From NCBI GenBank assembly GCA_951406725.2, contig OX597832.1, positions 54,870,001-54,934,000 on the forward strand: a stretch of 64,000 bases of DNA, given 5' to 3'. Source of the stretch: Octopus vulgaris. Taxonomy: Eukaryota. The notes beneath the pieces are model-generated. The model had not been told where the DNA came from. It searched no databases and saw nothing but the letters and a program-made list of their open reading frames with translations. This document shows positions 10,723-24,534 of this stretch, piece after piece; within the stretch, counting starts at the first letter, position 1, and each line of letters begins with the position of its first letter. A program made the translations under genes and the position numbers.

Positions 10723-10797
10723 CTTTCCTGATGAGAAGATTCACAGTGTATTCCTTCGGAATAAAACCAATGTTGTCGTCGAAACATAGGTCGAAAG
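10723..10797 (+). ncRNA. Type I hammerhead ribozyme motif (Penelope-associated minimal type)
   Basis: Stem I CTTTC/GAAAG perfect; core CTGATGA (10728-10734); stem II GAAGA/TCGTC closed by G-C; GAAA (10781-10784); stem III AC-ATAG-GT; GUC cleavage triplet (10790-10792). Confidence 0.7.
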
Positions 10798-10842
10798 TAA
10801 AAGAATTTGAATAATATCTACGTTCAACTCCATTTATTTACT

Positions 10843-10844
<2 letters not shown>

Positions 10845-10938
<94 letters not shown>

Positions 10939-10960
10939 TATATATATATACACACACACA

Positions 10961-11002
<42 letters not shown>

Positions 11003-11022
11003 TGTACATATATATATGTATA

Positions 11023-11092
<70 letters not shown>

Positions 11093-11097
11093 CATAC

Positions 11098-11152
<55 letters not shown>

Positions 11153-11220
11153 TATATAAAGGAGCTTCTACAGGACTTATACCTTATTTACTGTGGTTAA
11201 CCCCGACTCAACCCGGGACC

Positions 11221-11297
<77 letters not shown>

Positions 11298-11548
11298 TAT
11301 AACATATATATATATACACAAACACACCTATATATATATATGCATATATATATATATATATACATATATGTACATATATATATGTATATATATGATATAT
11401 ATATATATACACACACACATATATATACATGCATATATACATATAATATAAATATGCACACATATACATACATACATACATACATACATACATACATACA
11501 TACACACATACATACACATATACATACATACATACATACATACATACA

Positions 11549-11582
<34 letters not shown>

Positions 11583-11713
11583 CATAAATACATACATATC
11601 CGTATTTATCTAAGCTCTATCATTCGTTCTTGCAATGCTTTATAAACAATAATTGCATAAACTTACAATAGTCGTCCTCCCATTCTTCCTATTTCCTGCT
11701 TTCATATACATAC

Positions 11714-11745
<32 letters not shown>

Positions 11746-11790
11746 CACACGCAGGCGCACGCACACACACGCACACACACACACACACAC
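10845..11790. repeat. (TA)n/(CATA)n/(CA)n compound microsatellite
   Basis: Directly visible. Confidence 0.95.
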
Positions 11791-12249
11791 ACAGCTATAT
11801 TTATAATGCATCCATTGCATTTCTAACGCATTTGAAACCAACGAAAACTCATATTTATTTATTTATTTATTTAATCATTTATTCATTCTTCTTACACACT
11901 TATGCGTGCGTCGCCATTGCCGATTTCCAGCTTCTCTGCTGTATTCGTCCATTTGCATTTACAAGCTAATAAGCGTAGACACGAACTTTCTAAGCTGGGA
12001 TACGATCGATTAATTCAATTACTTTCAATATCTATTTAAATCTCCGTACAATCCTAAAACAAAATCGTTTAATCAGTGATACACATACAGCATTAAATAT
12101 AAACCGACAATTTTGCTGCTGCTGCTGTTTACCGTTCAGAGATATTCGCTGAAATTATTATTATCTTAACGTACTAGAGTTCACTCGATTATCTCCCTTG
12201 CATACATTCCTTATGAGGAAGCAAAAATTTTGCATTTTTCTTCTTCTTG

Positions 12250-13075
12250 TTTTAGCAGTTTCAGTCATTCGACTGCGGCTATGCTGGAGCACCGCCTTGA
12301 AGGGTTTTACGTTGCGTAAACTGACACCAGTGTTTATTTTCATTTTTAAGCCTGCTTCTAATACTGTTGGTCTCTTGTAGCTCGACCGCTAAGTGACGTA
12401 AACAAACCAACATTGGTTGTCAAACAGTGGTGGAGTCAAACAAACACACACACGCAGAAACATACACACACGCACGCACCACACACACACACACACATAC
12501 ACGTGTGTTTGCGTGCGTGTGTGTGTGTGTGTGCGTGTGTATATATATATATATATGTATGTGTGTGTGCATACCACGTGGTTTCCACACACTTTCCGAC
12601 CATCAAATTCGTTCGCAAGGTTTTGGCCTGCCCGGTCCCGCGCTGTAGGGCTGAAACCGAAACCCTGCCTCCGCAAAATGTGCTTCCTAACCTCACAGCT
12701 ATACTCTTTACTCTTTTACTTGCTTCAGTCATTTGACTGTGGCCATGCCGGAGCACCGCCTTTAGTCGAGCACATCGACCCCAGGACTTATTCTTTGGAA
12801 GCCTATCGGTCTCCTTTGCCGAACCGCCAAGTTACAGGAACGCAAACACACCAGCATCGGATGTCAAGCGATGTTTTGGAGGACAAACACAGACACACAA
12901 ACATATACACACACATATACATATACATATGACGGGCTTCCTCCAGTTTCCGTCTACCAAATCCACCCACAAGTTCCTGGTGGCCCGAGGCTATAGCAGA
13001 AGACACTTGCCCAAGGGGCCACGCAGTGGAACTGAACCCGGTACCATGTAGTTCGTAAGCAAGTTACTTGCCTAT
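12250..13075 (-). mobile_element. Two tandem SINE-B copies with internal microsatellites
   Basis: Two matches to the family B body and tail, one more diverged than the other. Confidence 0.85.
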
Positions 13076-13715
13076 GGAATGTTTACGAATTCATCTAAAC
13101 GTTATCATCATCATCATCATCATCATGATCATCATCATCAGCCCACGTCTCGACTCCCGGGGTCTCACGTAGCAGGTCACCCGGTTCTCGTGGCGTATAA
13201 GTCACTAAGCTCAGAGCATTGCCTCTAGAACGAGACACCAGTTCGTTGTAAGATGGCTAAATAATATCAGTTATTTTCAGCATTTTCATTAACACCAGAC
13301 GAAAGACTAGACTGAGATCAATATCTACACACCTAATATATTTATCATACTTCGCTATCTTTCCGCCTCTTACTGATTTCTTTCGTTGAACTGAGACTTT
13401 TCGCTCCAAAAATTAACTTCTTTATGCATAAACACTTACATACAATAATTCATACTTGCGCACATTTATCCAAGACAACATGCATACATATACGCGTAGG
13501 CGTGGAAAATTTTTGATTCATGAGATTTCCTCCTCATTCAGAACTAGGACTGATTGCCACCATGTGATCGTTCTACCTTCTCCAGAAGCAGAGATAATTT
13601 CAATAAGACATGAATTTGTCTTGTATGTTTTTTTTTTTAGTATACTTTTATTTGTTTTTTGTTGTTTAAATATATGCCACCGACTGCTACTCGTATAACT
13701 TGTTTCTCTGATATC

Positions 13716-13717
<2 letters not shown>

Positions 13718-13782
<65 letters not shown>

Positions 13783-13796
13783 GTATGTATGTATGT

Positions 13797-13841
<45 letters not shown>

Positions 13842-13854
13842 TATGTATGTATGT

Positions 13855-13887
<33 letters not shown>

Positions 13888-13904
13888 GAAGTATGTATGT
13901 ATGT

Positions 13905-13943
<39 letters not shown>

Positions 13944-13958
13944 AGTATGTATGTATGT

Positions 13959-14001
<43 letters not shown>

Positions 14002-14017
14002 ATGTATGTATGTATAC

Positions 14018-14090
<73 letters not shown>
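13718..14090. repeat. (TA)n/(TATG)n array with higher-order ~50-bp period
   Basis: AAGTATGTATGTATGTATACATACATA-(TA)n recurs five times. Confidence 0.9.
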
Positions 14091-14093
<3 letters not shown>

Positions 14094-14552
14094 GGAAAGT
14101 TTACGAAAATAAACAAAAGACGAAGGCAGGTGGTGTACAAACAAACAGATGTATTAGTATAGCGCTCAGGAATAGAAAAAGTCTTTTACGTTTCGAGCCT
14201 ACGCTCTTCTACAGAAAGATACACAGAAAAAAACAAGGAGAGAAACAAGGAGAGAAAAAATGTATGTAGTAGCTAACGATCTATCATGGCGTCTGACATA
14301 TGTATGTATGTATGTATGTATGTAAGTATAGTTAATAAAAAACGGAGAAAAACGACAGTAAGAATAAAAAAACAACGCGAGGACGTGGTACATGTAAAGT
14401 ATTAATAAGACGCTCAGAGAAGGAAAGAAAGAGTGGTTGCTTTACGTTTCGAGCAAAGCTCTTCTTCGGAACAGGATAAATAGGAAAGTCCAAAAGAAAA
14501 GGAGGAAGGAGAGAAAAAATCGCCAACAGTCCACGTGTAGTTACATTTTGGA

Positions 14553-14555
<3 letters not shown>
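14091..14555 (-). mobile_element. Two short Penelope-like terminal fragments with variant minimal hammerheads
   Basis: 14219-14182: TCTTT-CTGTAGAA-GAGC-GTAG-GCTC-GAA-ACGT-A-AAAGA; 14473-14438: CCGAAGAA-GAGC-TTT-GCTC-GAAACGTA; first family also at 26608-26760. Confidence 0.6.
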
Positions 14556-14627
<72 letters not shown>

Positions 14628-14646
14628 AATATATATATATATATAT

Positions 14647-14829
14647 AAATGAAAGAATGGAGTCGAACGACGATTTAACAAAATTCCTTTATTCTCGACA
14701 TATGTTTCGAAGTCTGCATATTCTCAATTCCGAAGGAATAAAGGGTGCATTATGCCGCCTTTTCATCAGGAAAGACAAGGAACTTATGTCAGCATCATGA
14801 CGAACAAAAACTCTTAGATGACTGCGAGA

Positions 14830-14830
<1 letters not shown>
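14647..14830 (-). mobile_element. Penelope-like fragment with hammerhead motif
   Basis: CTTTC-CTGATGA...CTTC-GAA-ACATATGT-C-GAGAA at 14775-14692; relative of the 10723 motif with a mutated stem II closing pair. Confidence 0.55.
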
Positions 14831-14903
<73 letters not shown>

Positions 14904-14914
14904 TCACACGTGCA

Positions 14915-15455
14915 TACGGAAACCTGCTCAGAGTTCCACACATATTTGCAGAAAGTGTATGGAGAGGAGTGTACGAGCCACACTCAAGTGTACGAGTGGT
15001 TTAGACGTTTCCAAGATGGCCGAAAAAATGTCGAAATTCACGAACGTCCTGGAGGATATGCAACCAGCAAAAGAAAAAACATTGCAGATGTGTGTGCAGC
15101 TGTGATGGGAAATCATCGAATCACCATCTCTGAGTTATCAGATGTGCAGCTTAGTTACGGTTCAGTTCAGTAAATTATCTTTGAAGATTTTGGTATGAGA
15201 CGCGTGTCCGCCAAGTTTGTGCCGAAACTTCTTTCAGTTGTCTAAAATGACACTCGGGTTTCAGTTGCTCAAGATCTCCTTGGTTATGTCGAGAACGATG
15301 AGAACTTTTTGAAACCTTTGTATAGACCTCGGAGCAGGTATCGCCAAGCTTTTGGCAAACTTTGATGCAAATTCTCTGTTCAACTTTCTCTGCCATGATT
15401 CAGTGCGACGATCACACGCTCCGCACATTCCTTCCTTCCTAGCACTGCTGTAAAC
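14915..15455 (+). mobile_element. Non-autonomous mariner derivative (transposase N-terminus plus inverted second 5' end)
   Basis: LQKVYGEECTSHTQVYEWFRRFQDGR...ITISELS...LSYGSVQ*IIFEDFGMRRVSAKFVPKLLS is a mariner HTH region; the right end encodes EKVEQRICIKVCQKLG on the minus strand. Confidence 0.88.
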
Positions 15456-15981
15456 AGCCCGGTCCGGGAATCGAACTCACTACCTCATGATAGTAAGCCC
15501 GATGCGCTAACCACCGAGCCATTGCAGCCATCACATATCAGGTAAATGTAAGCTAAAACTAACAAAGGGGAGTATTATTATCATGGCTGCCTAGTGTAGA
15601 AACACAGCGAAACAAACACATCATCATATCATTTCGTTCCGCTTCAGCAAATTGGATGTCGATTCTAAAATTGAGTTAATATTAAAATTTCTTCGAGTTC
15701 TTAATATACAAAACGTGATCGCCATATTAACAACGTTAATGTATTTTTATCTTATTTTCCCCGTTGTTGTATGTCCGGCCTTTTCCTCGTATGTCATTCT
15801 ATTTTCGATAATAACATTCCTTACAAATCTCTAACATGAAATTTCGGAATATAAGTTATTCCTTCCTGTTGCCTTGCAGCAACTGACAGCTAACATTAAT
15901 TATACTAACCACATCCTGTTACCCCGATCAGCGAAATCTCTTAGGCCTCAAACGTATTTAGAAAATAGACGACGTACAGTT

Positions 15982-16197
15982 TATATATGCATACATACGT
16001 GCATACATGCATACAGGCATACATTCATACGTACATATGTACATACGTACATAAATACGTACATAGATATGTGCATACATGCATACTCACATACGCACAT
16101 AGTACATACATGCATTCATACATACATGCATACTTACATATATGTATGTATATGTATATTTACATATATATGTATGTATATACACACATATATATAA

Positions 16198-16264
<67 letters not shown>

Positions 16265-16298
16265 GATATATATATACATGTACATATATATATTAGTT

Positions 16299-16329
<31 letters not shown>

Positions 16330-16389
16330 GTATGTATATATGTATATACATATATATATATACATATATATGCATATATATATATATAT

Positions 16390-16447
<58 letters not shown>

Positions 16448-16466
16448 TATATATAAATATATTTGT

Positions 16467-16563
<97 letters not shown>

Positions 16564-16575
16564 TAAATACATACG
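15982..16575. repeat. (CATA)n/(TA)n microsatellite
   Basis: Directly visible. Confidence 0.95.
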
Positions 16576-16828
16576 CGTCATCTACACGTGCGCTATACTT
16601 ACATCGTATACGCAAATATTATTAAAATACAGTAATCCTTCCTATGTCAATAAATTCTTTTGTATCGCAATTTCTAAACAATAATGTTGCTGCTTACGTG
16701 TTCCCAACGGGCCGACAAAGATTCGGTGGAGTTTTGACGGTCACAAGGGGGGATAGAACACAACGCAGAACTAGTATCTCAAGGGCCGTTATTCATATGG
16801 CTCTGGTTTTTCAATTTTCTCGCCGATG

Positions 16829-17615
16829 AAGGCGGCGAGCTGGCAGAATCGTTAGCACGCCGGGCGGAAATGCTTAGCAGTATTTCGTCTGCCGCCACGT
16901 TCTGAGTTCTAATTCCACCGAGGTTGACTTTGCCTTTCATCCTTTCGTGGTCGATAAATTAAGTACCAGTCACACACTCGGGTCGATGTAATCGACTTAA
17001 TCCGTTTGTCTGTCCGTGTTTGTCCTCTCTGTTTAGCCCCTTGTGGATAGTAAAGAAATAGGTATTTCGTCTGCCGCTACGTTCTGAGTTCAAATTCCGC
17101 CGAGGTCAACTTTGCCTATCATCCTTTCGGGGTCGATTAAATAAGTACCAGTTACGCACTGGGGTCGATATAATCGACTAATTCGTTTGTCTGTCCTTGT
17201 TTGTTCCTTCTGTGTGTAGCTCTTTGTGGGCAGCAAAGCGAAATGCTTAGTGGTATTTCGTCTGTCTTTACGTTCTGAGTTCAAATTCCACCGAGATCTA
17301 CTTTGCATTTCATCCGTTTGGGTCGATAAGTTAAGTATCAGTTGCGTACTGGGTTCCATCTTATCGACTGGCCCCCTCCACAAAAAATTCGGATCTTGTG
17401 TCTAGAGTAAAAAAGAATCGTTAGCACGCTAGGCATAATCCTTATCGGCATTTCGTCGGTATTTACTTTCTGGTTCTGAGTTCAAATTCTGCTGAAGTCG
17501 ACTTTGCCTTTCCTTCTTTCGGGGTCGATAAAATAAGTACCAGTGAAACACTGGGGACGATGCAATCGACTTATCCCTTCCCCAGAAATTGCTGGCCTTG
17601 TACCAAAATTTGAAG
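16829..17615 (+). mobile_element. SINE-A multimer mixing long and short tails
   Basis: Four cores in tandem. Confidence 0.9.
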
Positions 17616-17721
17616 TAAATTTTCTCGCCGATGTTTATAACGTTTACTGAGATATAACATCGATAGATCTAAGCAAACAGACATATAACAACTGTACGCA
17701 TACGTGTGTGTGTGTGTGTGC

Positions 17722-17774
<53 letters not shown>

Positions 17775-17798
17775 CGACATTGGGCTGAAAAGTTCATT

Positions 17799-17962
17799 GG
17801 CGCAGGAGTGGCTGTGTGGTAAGTAGCTTGCTAACCAACCACATGGTTCCGGGTTCAGTCCCACTGCGTGGCATGTTGGGCAAGTGTCTTCTGCTATAGC
17901 CCCGGCCGACCAATGCCTTGTGAGTGGATTTGGTAGACGGAAACTGAAAGAAGCCTGTCGTA

Positions 17963-18033
<71 letters not shown>

Positions 18034-18236
18034 TTGTGTGTCTGTGTTTGTCCTCCAAGCATTGCTTTACAACCGATGCTGGTGTGTTTACGTCCCCGTC
18101 ACTTAGCGGTTCGGCAAAAGAGACCGATAGAATAAGTACTGGGCTTACAAAGAATAAGTCTCGGGGTCGATTTGCTCGACTAAAGGCGGTGCTCCAGCAT
18201 GGCCGCAGTCAAATGACTGAAACAAGTAAAAGAGTA
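17799..18236 (+). mobile_element. Full-length tRNA-derived SINE family B
   Basis: GGCGCAGGAGTGGCTGTGTGG A-box, GGGTTCAGTCCC B-box, TTGGGCAAGTGTCTT body, internal (TA)n(TG)n, GTAAAAGA-type tail. Confidence 0.92.
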
Positions 18237-18294
18237 ACTATGAAGGAGTGACGCTAGAGTTTTGAAGTCTTGCATGCATTAATATCAGCCATTT

Positions 18295-18660
18295 TTATTA
18301 CCTCCACTTTCGCTAGTGCGGAGTTATAGTTTTCAGTCACGTTTGTTTGTTTGTTTGTCCATGGACAAAATATCTCAAGAACCACTGGATGGATTCGAAT
18401 GAAACTCTCAAGGACGTTTGGCCTCGTGACTGTCACGAACTGATTAGATTTGGGGATCGATCCGGTACCGGGCAAGGATTCTGGATTATTTTTCCTTAAT
18501 TTTTGAGAGCAGTCAGGATCATTTTTAGTGTTCTCGTTTGTGAGAGAGAGCAGTCGAGTTTATTTCAGATATTCTCATTTTATAAATCATCTCTGGCTAA
18601 TCGTTGAGAAGACGTTGGTGTTGCCTTGGCGGAGGTTTGCGGTCTCTGAGCGCTCTTGTT
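18295..18660 (+). mobile_element. Non-autonomous Helentron/HINE-like element
   Basis: TTATTACCTCC start, (GTTT)n, subterminal CCTTGGCGGAGGT inverted match, 3' hairpin and TT ends; partial copies at 36788-36850 and 44690-44915 (minus). Confidence 0.7.
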
Positions 18661-18879
18661 ACGATGGAAGAAATAATTTAACCCAAAACTGAAGAATATT
18701 TATTTATCGCAGATATTTACTCTTTTCATTCTTTTACTGGTTTCGGTCACGCTGGTGGCCATGCTGGAGCACCGTGCTGGGATTTAGCGCACCATGCCGT
18801 TATGCTAGATTATTGCTACATTTTCGGGGCGTAACAGAGAGCACCGTTTTGTAAACGGTGTCACCATAAGCACAGACTA

Positions 18880-20685
18880 GTAAACACACACACACACACA
18901 CATACACACATATACACTCGCACATGCACATGCACACACACGCACACACTCACACATCCACTCTCATTTTCACACACCCACGCACTTTCGCATTCATACA
19001 TTTACGCTCACATTCACACACACGCACACATTCACACACGGTCATAGATTTACACATACACGCACTGACGCACACATACACACTTTCTCGTACACATTCA
19101 TAGATATATATACACCTTTTCATACACTCGGGTATACATACACACACACTCACTCACTCTCTCTCTCTCTCTCTTTCTCTCTCTCACAGACACATATTCG
19201 CTCTTCCTCTTTCTCTCACTTTCCCACACACACACATATTCGCTCGTCCTCCCTCTCCCTCTCTCTCTCTCACACACACACTCGCTCTACCTAAACACAC
19301 TCACATACACACATACAACACATTCAACCAAAGAGAAGAGACCTTCCACACATATACACACACTCCACCCACACACATGTAACCACACTCGTACACATAC
19401 ACTCACACACACACACAATAGACTGACACACATATACACACATACATACAAGCATGCACACACACTTACACTCACTTACAAACACATATATAGTCATACA
19501 CATACATATACGGATGCACACACGCACAAACACACACATACAAGCATCATACACACACACACATACTCACACTCACTTACACACATACAGTCATACACAT
19601 ACATACAGGTGCACACGGGAACAAACACACACATACAAGCAGCACACACATACACGCAGCACACACACACACACATACAGATACACATACACTCACTTCA
19701 CATACACACATAACGTCATACACACACACATACAGATGCATACGGGCACAGACACACACATACAAGAATCACATACACACATACACACATATACACTCAC
19801 TCACTTACACACATACAGTCATGTACACATACATACAGATGCATACACGCACAAACACATACATACAAGCATCACACACATACACATTCACATACATACA
19901 GCCATGCACACATACATACAGCCATGCACACATACATACAGATGTACACACGCACAAACACACACATACAAGCATCACACACACACATACACACACATAC
20001 AGCCATGCACACATACATACAGATGTACACACGCACAAACACACACATACAAGCATCACACACACACATACACACACATACACCCACATACAGCCATGCA
20101 CACATACATACAGATGTACACACGCACAAACACACACATACAAGTATCACACACACACAAACACACACATACAAGTGTCACACACACATACACCCACATA
20201 CAGCCATGCACACATACATACAGGTGTACACACGCACAAACACACACATACATACAGATGTACACACGCACAAACACACACATACAAGCATCACACACAC
20301 ACACATACAAGTATCACACTCACACACACATACACACACATACATACAGATGTACACACGCACAAACACACACATACAAGCATCTCACACACACATACAC
20401 CCACATACAGCCATGCACACATACATACAGATGTACACACGCACACAACACACACATACAAGTATCACACACACACACATACAAGCATTACACACACATA
20501 CACCCACATACAGCCATGCACACATACATACAGATGTACACACGCACAAACACACACATACAAGCATCACACACACACATACACATACACATACATACAG
20601 CCATGCACACATACATACAGATGCACACACGCACAAATACACACATAAAAGTATCACACACACACGCACACACACATACACACGT
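18880..20685. repeat. CA-rich cryptic minisatellite, ~60-75-bp higher-order unit
   Basis: CATACAGCCATGCACACATACATACAGATGTACACACGCACAAACACACACATACAAGCATCACAC recurs many times. Confidence 0.92.
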
Positions 20686-20991
20686 ATAAGAACAATGGCG
20701 AAATAACCTCCCGGTAATATCAAATCTAACCGAATTACTCGTCAAACAATGGCGGCGTGGAATGAGTCGGGGAGGACGGGGGGGAGGGGATAGTGGCGGC
20801 GGTGTCCGAGTCAGTCATGCGTAACAACTTTGACTCATTATTCAGGACATGCATGACTGCTGCTGCAACATGTTAAATGTAATAATTGCTTCCGTTTAAA
20901 TGAGTCAATCGCGGTATTTATGTTAGAGTCTCGTAAAGGATACAAGTATACACATGCCAACATATATATATAAATATACATACATACATGC

Positions 20992-21307
<316 letters not shown>

Positions 21308-21511
21308 ATTTGTCAATGTTTGTTTTTGTGTCAAGCTATATATAAAACAATTTAATATTCTATTAATAATAAGGCGTCAAGCTGGCAGAAACGTTAGCGC
21401 ACCGGGCGATAATGCTTAGCGCCGAGGTCGACTTTGCCTTTCATCCTTTCAAGGTCGATTAATTAAGTACCAGTTGCAGACTGGGGTCGATCCAATCAAC
21501 TGCCCCTACCT

Positions 21512-21682
21512 CATTATTTACATTATTTACATTATTTACATAGGACGGATATTTGTCCTCATCTTATTTGTTGTTAGTACAACGTTTCGGCTGATATACC
21601 CTCCAGCCTTCTTCAGGTGTCTTGGGGTAATTTCGAACCTGGGTTCTCATTCCTAAGGTATTCTTCGATGTTGTTGTTGTTA

Positions 21683-21772
<90 letters not shown>

Positions 21773-21849
21773 GGTCACTGCTTGGAATCGAACTCAGAAT
21801 CTCGAGGTTAGTAGCCCGCGCTCTTAACCACTATGCGATATACACCTCC

Positions 21850-21898
<49 letters not shown>

Positions 21899-21986
21899 GT
21901 TGTTGTTATTCAAGTCACTGCTTGGAATCGAACTCGGTATCTTGGGGTTTGTAGCCCGCCCTCTTAACCACTAGGCCATATGCCCC
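21512..21986 (-). mobile_element. Composite: two tRNA-like heads, (AAT)n spacers and a hammerhead-bearing tail
   Basis: Head TGGCCTAGTGGTTAAGAG...GAGTTCGATTCC plus a second, more decayed head; tail ACAC-CTGAAGAA-GGCTG-loop-CAGCC-GAA-ACGT-T; ends in (TGTAAATAA)3. Confidence 0.6.
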
Positions 21987-22036
21987 CACCTCCTCAAAAA
22001 TTCCAGGCCTTGTGAAACGAATATTCTATTGATAAT

Positions 22037-22630
22037 AAGGCAGCTAGCCGGCGGAATCTTTAGCACGCTGAGCTCAGCTGCATTTCGTCCGTCTTTACGT
22101 TCTGAGTTCAAATTCCGTCGAGGTCGACTTTGCCTTTTATCCTTTCAGGGGTCGATAAGGTAAGTACGAGCTGAGAATTAGAATCGATGTAATCGACTTA
22201 GCCCCTCCCCGAATTTGCTGGCTTTGTGCCAAAGCTTGAAACTAATATTCATGTAGGCTAAGGGAGACGAGCTAGCAGATTCGTAAGCAAGCCGGACAGA
22301 GCGCATAGCGGCATTTCGTCCGTCTTTATGTTCTGAGTTCAAACTTCACCAAGGTGACATCGGCGGAGTTTGAACTCAGTTCGAAAGAACTGGAAATAAG
22401 TACACGTTAGCATTTTTTTTTCCAGACATTTTAACTGTTTTCCAATCTGCTTTGATAATGGTTTCCAATGAAGGAAAAAAAATACGAACACGTTTTGAGA
22501 AGAGAGGCTCTGCCGATACCATCTGCCCCAGTACTTCATTAATATTTTATCGACCCTGGTGGAATGAAAGGCAAAGTGGATGTCGGTAGGATTTGATCTT
22601 AAAACATAAAGAGCCGGAAAGAATGTCGCT
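22037..22630. mobile_element. Diverged SINE-A copies in both orientations
   Basis: Family A cores. Confidence 0.8.
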
Positions 22631-22675
22631 ATTCAAATTTCTCAAAGTCTCTTCAAGATCTTTGAAGGATTTTGA

Positions 22676-23090
22676 AGGCGTAGGACTGGCTGTATGGTAA
22701 GTAGCCTGCTTACCATCCACATGGCTCCGGGTTCAGTCCCACTGCGTGGCACCTTCGGCAAGTGTCTTCTACTATAGCCTCGGGCCGTCCAAAGCCTTGT
22801 GAGTGGATTTGGTAGACGGAAACTGAAAGAAGCCCATCGTATATATGTGTGTGTGTGTGTGTGTATGTTTGTATATCTGTGTTTGTCCCCCCAACATCGC
22901 TTGACAACCGATGCTGGTGTGTTTATGTCCCCGTAACTTTAGCGGTTCGGCAAAAGAGACCGATAGAATAAGTAATAGGCTTACAAAGAATAAGTCCTGA
23001 GGTCAATTTGCTCGACTAAAGACAGTGCTCCAGCATGGCCACAGTCACATGACTGAAACAAGTAAAAGAGTAAAAGAGAGAGTAAAAAGT
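22676..23090 (+). mobile_element. Full-length SINE-B
   Basis: As at 17799-18236. Confidence 0.92.
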
Positions 23091-23109
23091 ATCCTTAATA
23101 TAATATGAT

Positions 23110-23940
23110 ATTGGTTTCAAATTTTGACAAGACAAGTGGTCTTGGGGGAGGAGGACGTAATTCGATTACATCGACGCCAGTACTCGACTGGTACTTATTT
23201 TATCGACCTACGGAAGAGTGAATGGCGAAGTCGACACCGGTGGAATCTGAACTCAGAATGTAAAGACGGACAAAATACCGCTAAGCGTTTTGTCCGGTGC
23301 GATAACGATTCTGCTGACCCGGAACAGTAATGAACGGGAAGTGGAGGTACACAGCCTTGTGGTTAGAGGAGCGGAGTCGAGGTCGAGGGATCGCGGGTTC
23401 GAATCTCAAACTGGGCGATGTATGTGTTTATGTTTGAAACACCTAATCTCCATGTGGCTCCGGCAGAAGGTAATGGCGAACTTATGCTGACTCTTCCGCC
23501 ATAACTTTCTTTCACTTTTACCTTCTGCATCTAGCAGCTCGCTTGCAATGGCATTCCGTCCAAGTGGGGAACCTATACGCCAATGAAACTGGGAAACCGG
23601 CCCTTATGAGCCAAGCATGGCTAGAGAAGGAACAAACAACAAGGAACGGGAAAGGCAATGCCTGTTAGCGTCTGTAATAAGTACTGTCTCGAGTCCGAGG
23701 ATTCAAAAGGCTGGTTACTAGGTTTCAATGGCGATGAAGCTATCAAGATTTCTACATCCTCCAAACCCCCACCACCACCACTAAACGGATAGCCAGTTCG
23801 TCACAGGGTCGCTCATTTACACCTGAGTGGACTGTGAAGCAATGTCAAACGTGCCATCCCGCTGATCCGCCCCATCCCGCTCAGTCTAGAAATTGAACCC
23901 GCGATTTTGTGATCGTTCGGTGCAGCACCCTAATCACTGG
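23110..23940. mobile_element. SINE-A (-), SINE-E (+, 23341-23642) and decayed SINE-D-like (-)
   Basis: E has a family C-like head TGGAGG..CA..GCCT.GTGGTTAG and a CCGTCCA.GTGGGGAACC...GAAACCGGCCCT tail ending in (AAC)n. Confidence 0.75.
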
Positions 23941-24534
23941 CAGAATCTGTAGAGCAACCGTGTGTTTAGCAACTTCACTGCAATCCCATTCCTGAATGCA
24001 ATTCTCTCCGGGTTCAGATCTGCTTCTGATTCTGTTTGTATGTAATGATGGTGGTGGTGGGGTGTGTCGGAAGCGTGCGGTCGATAAGTACAAAGAAAAA
24101 AAAGTAGATTCGAATATTTCAAGCAAAAACACAACAAACAAATATAACCGAATGTTTCGGAATAAAATCAATGAAATTCAGACGATACGTATCCTCAGAG
24201 ACTTAATCTTTAATTTTTCTCAGTTGCAAGCGTATTCTCTCAATTCTATTTTATTAACTGCTATTTCATTAAGATTATTTCCTCAAATTTCTTCGTGCGC
24301 TGTTCTCAATTTGGTTTAAGCAATAACTAAGAAATAAAGATGTCAATCTATGCTAATGGCCGCCAATAAAAATGAAACGCATCGTTCGTTACACGGGAGA
24401 ATAACTTCTAAGTAGTTTGTATATCTATTTCATTTGTTTTATTACTCTTCTCGTTTTCATTTAATAGAAAAAAAAATCAAACACGATAATAAAATTTCTT
24501 ACCACTCATTTTCAGGCAGCCGACAGATACGCGC

